DNA of 7,000 nucleotides. Origin: Nitrosomonas europaea. Its GTDB lineage: Bacteria; Pseudomonadota; Gammaproteobacteria; Burkholderiales; Nitrosomonadaceae. A program made the position numbers and the translations under genes. The stretch's first letter is position 1; every line of letters starts with the position of its first letter. The notes beneath the pieces were generated by a model. That model was not told the DNA's origin. It saw nothing but the letters and a program-made list of their open reading frames with translations, and ran no database searches. The DNA lies in NCBI RefSeq assembly GCF_900167395.1, contig NZ_FUWK01000064.1, positions 1 to 7,000 on the forward strand, in the 5' to 3' direction. Below, in pieces: positions 1 through 5,108 of this stretch.

Positions 1-278
1 TGGCACAAGCCGGTATTGAACCGTCTGTCGGCAGTCGCGGTGACAGTTACGATAATGCGCTGGCTGAAACGATCAATGGCCTGTACAAGGCTGAACTGAT
101 ACACAGGAGAGCTCCCTGGAAAACCAGGGCTGCTGTGGAGCTGGCAACTTTGGAATGGGTTGCCTGGTATAACCATCAACGCCTGCTTGGATCTATCGGG
201 TATATTCCTCCAGCTCAGGCTGAAGAAAACTACCGACAAACCCAGGATAATAAGACATTGATGGATATTTTACTTTAA
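1..278 (+). CDS. IS3-family transposase OrfB (DDE integrase domain), C-terminal 91 codons; 5' end lies outside the window
   Basis: Frame 3 is open from the window edge to TAA at 276-278. The translation AQAGIEPSVGSRGDSYDNALAETINGLYKAELIHRRAPWKT...WVAWYNHQRLLGSIGYIPPAQAEENYRQ matches the conserved C-terminal block of IS3-family OrfB, including the DNA..E glutamate region of the DDE triad and the WYN..R tail. Confidence 0.9.
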   Translation, partial: AQAGIEPSVGSRGDSYDNALAETINGLYKAELIHRRAPWKTRAAVELATLEWVAWYNHQRLLGSIGYIPPAQAEENYRQTQDNKTLMDILL

Positions 279-311
279 CCAAATAGCCTCCTCGATTGTC
301 GGGACGGTTCA
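1..311 (+). mobile_element. IS3-family insertion sequence, right-hand portion (partial)
   Basis: The transposase 3' end is followed by ccaaatagcctcctcgattgtcgggacggttca. Its reverse complement, TGAACCGTCCCGACAATCG..., has the TGAAC.. / ..GTTCA terminus typical of IS3-family inverted repeats. Putting the end at 311 is an inference, because the other IR is not in the window. This stretch is visibly more AT-rich than the flank. Confidence 0.6.
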
Positions 312-452
312 AGGCGCACTGAGCACGCTCACCAAGGAAGCCAACGAGCAGTCTCATCTGTAGCAACGTGGGCAGGTAGGATTCTTTCATCTCAAATCTC
401 ATCATTCGTTTGTTCTGCCGGCGCGACCGGCGCAGGCAGTGATATCCACTGT

Positions 453-1367
453 TTAGTCACAATCCGCTACCGCGCGGGCCGCATCCAAAGGCGCATACCC
501 TGGCGCCAGCACGGCGTTCTTGACGCCATACAAGGCCAAGTGGTCCTTGAGCCAAAGTCTGTACTCAGGCCCGCGAAGGCTATGGTCTGCGGAGCAGTCG
601 ACGCTCCACTTGCGCAGGATGTAGCCAGCAGTCGCTGCACGGAGCTTCATCTTCACCATGCCGCCGGTCATGCCGTAATCCATCTCCGCGATCTCGGGGC
701 GCGGTTGGTCCGGGTGCGGCACCAGCTCCAGCTCCACAATCCGCGTCCACTGGATGTCCTGGTCACTTTTTTCGTGGGGCAGGACGTGGCTGTCTTTCAG
801 CATCACGGAACGCTGCATGCGCGTGATGACAAAGTCCCGGAAATCCTTGCTGCGTCGATCGAAGGCGCGGACATGCCAGCGCAGGCCGTTGTCGATTAAC
901 GCAAACGGGACGATCTCGCGCTCAGTCTCGCCGCTCGACAAGGAGTGGTAGGTGACTTTCAGCGGGCGCTCCTGATGGATTGCCCGAGTAACACAAGCGA
1001 GCGTGTCGAGTCCTGGCTTTGTGAGTCTGGAAGGAATCTCACAAGTGATCCAGGACTTGAGGGCCGAAGGCTCGCCATCACCGAAACCCTGTGAGAGCCA
1101 CGCCAAGACCCGCTCTGCAGGGAAATCAAAGACTGGCGTGAATCCATCCGCGTAGCCGTACACCTTGTTCTTGGTGTCGTAATCCAGGTTGCCAGGGGCG
1201 AGATCCTTGTAGATTCCGATGTCCCGGGTTGCCGCTGCCGCCTGGATGCCAAAGCGCGACACCAGGTCTTGGCGGCGAATCTCTCCGATGAAGCGCAGGC
1301 GCAACTCGATAAACGCAAGTCGGTCGCGCTGGGGCTGGGTCAGGTCTGCAAGCTGTTCGTTGGACAT
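453..1367 (-). CDS. WYL-domain transcriptional regulator (N-terminal wHTH, central WYL domain, C-terminal extension), BrxR/CapW-like
   Basis: 304-aa ORF, ATG at 1365-1367 and TAA at 453-455. The N-terminus RLAFIELRLRFIGEIRRQDLVSRFGIQAAAATRDIGIYKDLAPGNLDYD resembles the wHTH of BrxR/CapW-type regulators. The WYL-type core is RPLKVTYHSLSSGETEREIVPFALIDNGLRWHVRAFDRRSKDFRDFVITRM (about aa 134-184). ORFs on the opposite strand inside it look like GC-driven shadows. Confidence 0.85.
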   Translation of the reverse strand: MSNEQLADLTQPQRDRLAFIELRLRFIGEIRRQDLVSRFGIQAAAATRDIGIYKDLAPGNLDYDTKNKVYGYADGFTPVFDFPAERVLAWLSQGFGDGEPSALKSWITCEIPSRLTKPGLDTLACVTRAIHQERPLKVTYHSLSSGETEREIVPFALIDNGLRWHVRAFDRRSKDFRDFVITRMQRSVMLKDSHVLPHEKSDQDIQWTRIVELELVPHPDQPRPEIAEMDYGMTGGMVKMKLRAATAGYILRKWSVDCSADHSLRGPEYRLWLKDHLALYGVKNAVLAPGYAPLDAARAVADCD

Positions 1368-1416
1368 CCTGGCTGCCGTTTCGGGTTAATGATCGCTAGT
1401 TGGTGCTCTTGCGGGT

Positions 1417-1445
1417 AGTATATGCCTCGCACGATAATATGTCGA
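1417..1445 (-). promoter_or_regulatory. Putative sigma70-type promoter of the WYL regulator gene
   Basis: On the minus strand: -35 TCGACA (complement of 1440-1445), 17-nt spacer, -10 TATACT (complement of 1417-1422). The -10 lies about 50 nt upstream of the ATG at 1367. Confidence 0.35.
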
Positions 1446-1479
1446 TGAATTGACGTTGCGCATCAGTCCATCGCATATT
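1436..1479. promoter_or_regulatory. Inverted repeat (candidate operator) in the divergent WYL / nuclease intergenic region
   Basis: AATATGTCGATG (1436-1447) and CATCGCATATT (1469-1479) are reverse complements apart from one extra T, with a 21-nt spacer. A third half-site-like ATATGC lies at 1420-1425. The left half overlaps the predicted -35 of the regulator gene. The right half overlaps the predicted -10 of the nuclease gene. Confidence 0.4.
1450..1479 (+). promoter_or_regulatory. Putative sigma70-type promoter of the small ORF / DUF3223-HNH gene
   Basis: -35 TTGACG (1450-1455), 18-nt spacer, -10 CATATT (1474-1479). Confidence 0.35.
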
Positions 1480-1499
1480 GTTACCGACAGAGGGCTACG

Positions 1500-1625
1500 A
1501 TGAGCGGAAGCCGATGGGGTCAGCCGGGCGTGCCCCACAAAGGACGGCCCTGCGTGGACGTCGTCGATCTGCGGGCGGACGCCGGGCTTGCTATTGCTGC
1601 GCCAGGAGAAATGAGAGATGGCTAA
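1500..1625 (+). CDS. Hypothetical 41-aa upstream small ORF, possibly translationally coupled to the nuclease gene
   Basis: ATG at 1500 is preceded by GAGGG (1490-1494) at 5-nt spacing. Translation: MSGSRWGQPGVPHKGRPCVDVVDLRADAGLAIAAPGEMRDG. Its TAA (1623-1625) overlaps the ATG at 1618 within ATGGCTAA. No recognisable family, so it could simply be a 5' UTR. Confidence 0.2.
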   Translation: MSGSRWGQPGVPHKGRPCVDVVDLRADAGLAIAAPGEMRDG

Positions 1626-2364
1626 ACCTGTCGTAATCGGCTCGCGGAGCTTCCGAACCCAGAGCAGTGCCCTCGACCACTATAAGGCGCTGCTTCACCG
1701 GTATCAGGACGGTCAGCGGATCGCCGACCCGGCTGACCACACAGACCTGGTGGCGCTCATCGAGCGTTTTGACCCGGTGCTCGATGCTGTTGGGGAGCCC
1801 GCAAAAGGTGCCGGCCAGATTGCTCACTTTGAGCGACGCCTGAATACAGGGATCGGCTGGAGCACGCCGGGGTTCTGGGTTGTTCGGCAGGACGGCACTG
1901 AAACCGACTTCTCGTACATCGATGCGGTCAAGGGCAGGCCGAAGGGGCGGTCCCAAGATTTCTACAACGCATGCCGGCAGGCGGTCGCACTCGACCTCGT
2001 CCTCGCCAAGAAGCAGGCGTTTGCCCAGTACGGCGATGATCAGGGCCGGGTTGAGTGTGAGTTAACCGGAAAGATGGTCACCATCGACGACGCACACCTT
2101 GACCACGCATGGCCGTACTTCTCGCACATGGTGAGTGGATTTCGGGCTGCCAGGGGTTGGTCGAGGGACATCCCGGACGGCATCGTTTCCACCCCGGCTG
2201 ACGGCCAGACCACGGCAACATTCCTGGACAGCGCTGTGACTGAGGCATTCCGAGCGTTCCACCATGACCAAGCGGTCCTTCGGGTTCTCAGCCGGGAAGC
2301 AAACCTACAGACCGCGAGTTCAGCCCGCCGGCCAAAGGTTGCACGGCCAGTCCGGCTAGCGTGA
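1618..2364 (+). CDS. DUF3223 (DCL-like) domain protein with a C-terminal HNH-like (beta-beta-alpha-Me) nuclease motif
   Basis: 248-aa ORF with GGAGA (1605-1609) 8 nt before the ATG. An in-frame TGA at 1612-1614 rules out a longer form. The N-terminal half, FRTQSSALDHYKALL...GAGQIAHFERRLNTGIGWSTPGFWVVRQDGTETDFSYIDAVKG, fits the DUF3223/DCL pattern (..F.V.R.DG...DFSY..). The C-terminal half, VECELTGKMVTIDDAHLDHAWPYF...FHHDQAVLRVLSREAN (aa 145-229, nt about 2050-2304), fits an HNH arrangement: Cys-x-x-x-Gly, then H-x-DH, then a distal Asn. Confidence 0.75.
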   Translation: MAKPVVIGSRSFRTQSSALDHYKALLHRYQDGQRIADPADHTDLVALIERFDPVLDAVGEPAKGAGQIAHFERRLNTGIGWSTPGFWVVRQDGTETDFSYIDAVKGRPKGRSQDFYNACRQAVALDLVLAKKQAFAQYGDDQGRVECELTGKMVTIDDAHLDHAWPYFSHMVSGFRAARGWSRDIPDGIVSTPADGQTTATFLDSAVTEAFRAFHHDQAVLRVLSREANLQTASSARRPKVARPVRLA

Positions 2365-2406
2365 CCCGCTCCGGTCGCCTGCGATCAGGCCCGCGTAGAC
2401 GTCTGG

Positions 2407-2446
2407 CGGACGCGGGTTCAATTCCTCAAATGGGAATCGAACTGAC
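2407..2446 (+). repeat. att-like core element, copy A: conserved flank plus 11-7-11 imperfect palindrome
   Basis: cggacgcg GGTTCAATTCC tcaaatg GGAATCGAACT gac. Arms are 2415-2425 and 2433-2443 (9/11 complementary), spacer 2426-2432. Outside the spacer, 28/33 positions are identical to copy B and 30/33 to copy C. Starts 43 bp after the nuclease gene stop. Confidence 0.8.
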
Positions 2447-2604
2447 GCCCTGTCTGATGCACTCGGCTGATGATCTCGGCCGGGCGGAACTGGTAGAACT
2501 GCAGGCAGCAAGGGCTGGAGTCCCCACCTTTCCGCAGCAGTGCGAAGCGGTTGTAAGGCGCTGAGTTACTGAGGTTTGGCGCAGGGTTCCACCCCACCCA
2601 GACC

Positions 2605-2660
2605 CCGCAGGAGTTCGAATCTTTCCGCATGAACCCGCAGGAACCCTCACTAGCCCGCAC
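2605..2660. repeat. Helically phased CCGCA(G/T/C) motif array
   Basis: CCGCAG at 2605, CCGCAT at 2625, CCGCAG at 2635 and CCGCAC at 2655 all sit in the same 10-bp register. A further CCGCAG lies at 2532-2537. Confidence 0.5.
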
Positions 2661-2768
2661 GGCCCGATGCTAGGACGTTGATTTTCAACAAATCGCTCGA
2701 TCGATCCGCGCTTGCGGACTGCGGACTTCCAATGGGCCGGAAATCTGGCTCGCCCAGACGGCTCTCGG

Positions 2769-2833
2769 TACCGACACGTTGCAAACAGTCGGTACTTCTC
2801 GATAACTACCCGACGAATCGGAACATCTCAGCT
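2769..2833 (+). repeat. Conserved box, copy A (TACCGAC / GTCGGTA / TACCCGAC arrangement)
   Basis: taccgac(2769-2775)acgttgcaaaca gtcggta(2788-2794) cttctcgataac tacccgac(2807-2814) gaatcggaacatctcagct. A hand alignment to 4757-4818 gives about 56 identical columns of 65, with 3 short indels. Confidence 0.75.
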
Positions 2834-3008
2834 CGCCCTGATGTTGCCCCTGCTTGCTGACACAGCTTGGAAGTTCTGGCTGCAATATTGCCCCCCCAAT
2901 CGCTGTGGAAGGTAGCTCCCTGGGCAAGTGCAATTGGAGGGGGATCGCTGCGTAGGGCCGTGTGCCCCCCATCCTGCAGCGTGACCTGATTGGGTCAAGG
3001 CCGGGTTG

Positions 3009-3311
3009 TCATGCAGGCAGTTTGGCTGCAAGCAGTTCGACCTTCTCGATATTGGGCGGAGAACTGAGCAAGGTCGCGGCGTTGGCCATCAAGGCCGCGG
3101 CGATCTGGCCGTTCAGATGTGCTTGGCGACCTGCCTCATCGGCAAAGGCATCGAACACACCAAACGTCGAAGGGCCAAACTTCAATGCGAACCAGGCAGT
3201 GGTGCCGGACTCGGCGTTGGCGAGCGGCAGTGCGCTGGCCAGGAAGTCGGCAAGCGCAGCCTCCTGGCCGGGTTTGGCTTCGAGGCGAACAAACAGGGCG
3301 AGCTTGGTCAT
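3009..3311 (-). CDS. Antibiotic-biosynthesis-monooxygenase (ABM, ferredoxin-like dimeric alpha-beta barrel) family protein
   Basis: 100-aa ORF, ATG at 3309-3311 with AAGGA 7-8 nt upstream, TGA at 3009-3011. MTKLALFVRLEAKPGQEAALADFL...TTAWFALKFGPSTFGVFDAFADEAGRQAHLNG has the size and pattern typical of ABM-domain proteins. It pairs divergently with a GlxA-type regulator, as is common for this family. Confidence 0.8.
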   Translation of the reverse strand: MTKLALFVRLEAKPGQEAALADFLASALPLANAESGTTAWFALKFGPSTFGVFDAFADEAGRQAHLNGQIAAALMANAATLLSSPPNIEKVELLAAKLPA

Positions 3312-3425
3312 ACTGTAATCCTTTGGGTAAATGGGTTAGGTGAAGGGATCGACGAGCCTGCAGTCTAAATCTTCATGACAGCCATCTCTATAGGCAATAA
3401 TGACAACTTTGATATCATTGTTGCC

Positions 3426-4388
3426 ATGAAACTCCACATCCTTGTTTGTGATGGCGTGTTTGATCTGGGGCTTGCGGCGCTCACTGACACAGTGGGCTTG
3501 GCCAATGCGATGTCGGGCTCGCTGCCACAGGCTCCCGCGCACATAGAGCTCACGCTGGTGGGCGTGCGGCGTCGCATCCGAACTGCGCAAGGCTTGACGG
3601 TCCCCGTGGTCACTGCGCGTGGTGTGCCGGAACCAGACGTCGTGCTCGTGCCCGCGTTTGGTGACAAGATGCCTGACACGCTCTCGGCTCGGCTCACACG
3701 CCCCGACGTGCCCGATGCGGTCGCCATGCTACAGCAGTGGTCCACCGCTGGCGCGCACCTTGGTGCCGCCTGCTCCGGTAGTTTCTTGCTTGCAGAGAGT
3801 GGCCTGCTTGATGGACATCGTGCGACGACGTCATGGTGGCTGGGGCCGATGTTTCGGCAGCGCTATCCGAACGTCACGCTGGACGAGTCACGCATGATCG
3901 TGAACTCGACACGCTTCACTACCGCGGGTGCCGCTTTAGCCCACGTCGACTTGGCCTTGCGCATCATCCGGGGGCGCAGTCCAGCGCTGGCGACCCTGGT
4001 GGCACGCTATCTGCTGGTCGAGACACGCAGTTCGCAAGCCGAGTTCGTGATTCCCGACCACCTTGCGCATGCCGACCCGATGGTGGAGCGCTTCGAGTGC
4101 TGGGCCAGACGTCGGCTCGCGAAGGGGTTCTCGCTGGCCGAGGCGGCCAGCGCCGCGGGCACAAGCGAGCGCACCTTGGCGCGGCGGCTGCAAAGCGTTT
4201 TGGGCAAGACACCGCTGTCGTATTTCCAGGATCTGCGCGTGGAGCATGCCGTGCATCTCTTGCGCACCGGAAACGCGAGCGTCGACCAAGTCGCCGCACA
4301 GGTCGGGTACTCGGATGGGGTGACCCTGCGGGCCCTGTTGCGCCGCAAGCTGGGCCGGAGTGTCAGAGAGTTGCGACGCGGTGGATGA
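3426..4388 (+). CDS. GlxA-family AraC-type transcriptional regulator (N-terminal DJ-1/PfpI-like domain, C-terminal AraC HTH)
   Basis: The ORF is open from 3375, but the family-typical N-terminus MKLHILVCDGVFDLGLAALTDTVGLANA starts at the ATG at 3426. The DJ-1-like nucleophile-elbow region is GAACSGSFLLAESGLLDGHRATTSWW. The C-terminal AraC HTH is SLAEAASAAGTSERTLARRLQSVLGKTPLSYFQDLRVEHAVHLLRTGNASVDQVAAQVGYSDGVTLRALLRRKLG. Start-codon choice (3375 vs 3426) is uncertain. Confidence 0.85.
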   Translation: MKLHILVCDGVFDLGLAALTDTVGLANAMSGSLPQAPAHIELTLVGVRRRIRTAQGLTVPVVTARGVPEPDVVLVPAFGDKMPDTLSARLTRPDVPDAVAMLQQWSTAGAHLGAACSGSFLLAESGLLDGHRATTSWWLGPMFRQRYPNVTLDESRMIVNSTRFTTAGAALAHVDLALRIIRGRSPALATLVARYLLVETRSSQAEFVIPDHLAHADPMVERFECWARRRLAKGFSLAEAASAAGTSERTLARRLQSVLGKTPLSYFQDLRVEHAVHLLRTGNASVDQVAAQVGYSDGVTLRALLRRKLGRSVRELRRGG

Positions 4389-4649
4389 CCAGAGGCGTTT
4401 GGTGTATGTACGGCTGGAGACCGCCGGGAAACTGACGCAGGCCAAACGGCGCATTTGGACCTGACAAAACTACTGCCCGCCACGGCGCGCAAGCTCCAGT
4501 TTGACCCCGGACAAAGTTTTGCTGGCAATGTCGTGGTTGAGCAAATCAATACCTTGATTGAGCAACGCTGTGCACTGACGATTCGGCGGCTCACCGACCC
4601 CGCCGCCGACAATGACGCAGCCGCCGAGCCCACCGTTTGAACTACCGTG

Positions 4650-4689
4650 CGGACACGGGTTCGATTCAGGGTTTGGGAATTGAACCGAC
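4650..4689 (+). repeat. att-like core element, copy B
   Basis: cggacacg GGTTCGATTCA gggtttg GGAATTGAACC gac. Arms are 4658-4668 and 4676-4686 (9/11 complementary), spacer 4669-4675. Same orientation as copies A and C. Confidence 0.8.
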
Positions 4690-4756
4690 ATCCCATCGCA
4701 GACGAGTTTGATGCCCGTTTCCGGCGACTGAATCGCCCAGATGGCCGGCGGTGCCG

Positions 4757-4818
4757 CCGACGTTGCAAATCGTCGGTACTTGTCGATATCTACCGACGAA
4801 TCGGAACATTTCTCAGCT
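4757..4818 (+). repeat. Conserved box, copy B (CCGAC / GTCGGTA / TACCGAC arrangement)
   Basis: ccgac gttgcaaatc gtcggta(4772-4778) cttgtcgatatc taccgac(4791-4797) gaatcggaacatttctcagct. GTCGGTA and the downstream TACCGAC form a perfect 7-bp inverted repeat with a 12-nt spacer. The box ends exactly at the stop codon (complement of 4813-4815) and last Ser codon of the HTH gene. Confidence 0.75.
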
Positions 4819-5025
4819 GACACTGACCTGGGCCACCACGGTCTTGGTCGAGGTCGCCAGGCACGACTCCTCGTATGCCTCAATGTCGGCCTGCCGGTAG
4901 AGCACGCGCCCGCAGAGCTTCAGAAACTTGGGGCCGATCCCCGCGCTGCGCCAGCGCTCCAGGGTGGCCTCACTGATACTCCAGCGGGCAGCGAGTTGTT
5001 TTTGATTGAGGTGAGCGACTTCCAT
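4813..5025 (-). CDS. Excisionase/AlpA/MerR-like helix-turn-helix DNA-binding protein (about 70 aa)
   Basis: MEVAHLNQKQLAARWSISEATLERWRSAGIGPKFLKLCGRVLYRQADIEAYEE matches the excisionase-family HTH pattern (L...q.A..l.vS..Tl.rWr..G.gP.f.k.G..v.Y...di..w). The ATG at 5023-5025 is preceded by GGAGA at 5-nt spacing. The ORF track's longer form (to 5088) needs a TTG start and has no RBS. Confidence 0.75.
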   Translation of the reverse strand: MEVAHLNQKQLAARWSISEATLERWRSAGIGPKFLKLCGRVLYRQADIEAYEESCLATSTKTVVAQVSVS

Positions 5026-5108
5026 CTTGGTCTCCGTCCGAACGAGTTGGCAGGAGTCCATGAGGGCGCTGTTCCGGCCGCGAGCCAAGGCAATTCCAGG
5101 AAGCGCCG

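Noticed and set aside
193-405. 70-aa ORF on the minus strand spanning the IS3 end
   Set aside because: It crosses the inferred IS terminus at 311, and its distal part is antisense to the transposase gene. At most the first 31 codons (312-405) could be a remnant of a real gene (see findings).
540-1318. ORFs 540-899 (+), 754-951 (+) and 959-1318 (-) inside or opposite the WYL gene
   Set aside because: They lie wholly within the 304-aa WYL ORF, which has clear family motifs. Their translations are Arg/Ala/Ser-rich and low-complexity, typical of GC-driven shadow frames.
1591-2271. ORFs 1591-1956 (-), 1880-2065 (+) and 2062-2271 (-) overlapping the DUF3223-HNH gene
   Set aside because: These are alternative or antisense frames of a convincingly coding region. 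They have no recognisable motifs and no ribosome-binding sites.
2407-2446. A functional tRNA or tmRNA gene at the T-arm-like sequences (also 4650-4689, 6374-6413, and GAGTTCGAATC at 2611-2621)
   Set aside because: No copy has the complementary 3' T-stem, acceptor stem or CCA. No D-arm or anticodon-arm cloverleaf can be drawn upstream, and copy A starts only 43 bp after a protein-coding gene. At best these are fragments or mimics.
2361-3031. Short ORFs in spacer A (2361-2564, 2418-2660, 2426-2650, 2678-2860, 2685-2972, 2712-2915, 2828-3031)
   Set aside because: They overlap one another in several frames on both strands, have no RBS and give compositionally odd translations. The region is dominated by repeats shared with non-coding spacers B and C.
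2962-3368. Plus-strand ORFs 2962-3318, 3006-3368 and 3119-3343
   Set aside because: They are antisense to the ABM gene, which has a good RBS and a family-typical sequence.
4455-4640. 61-aa ORF (TTG start) between the AraC gene and core B
   Set aside because: It is in the same frame as, and directly follows, the AraC stop. It needs a TTG start, has no RBS and shows no recognisable motif. It ends right at the repeat. It could be a gene remnant, but I cannot support a call.
4389-4649. tmRNA body upstream of core B (a tag-like ...ADNDAAAEPTV* reading frame ends at 4638)
   Set aside because: The frame does not end in the canonical ...ALAA-type tag. There is no 5' acceptor/tRNA-like domain or pseudoknot pattern, and the element lacks the 3' acceptor. 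The resemblance is superficial.
3336-4768. ORFs 3336-3590 (-), 3365-3745 (-), 3619-3897 (+), 3833-4435 (+), 3936-4454 (-), 3964-4299 (-), 4007-4768 (-) and 4063-4323 (+)
   Set aside because: All overlap the GlxA/AraC gene in other frames. The translations are Arg/Pro/Ser-rich with no domains I recognise. The 253-aa ORF 4007-4768 also runs through repeat element B.
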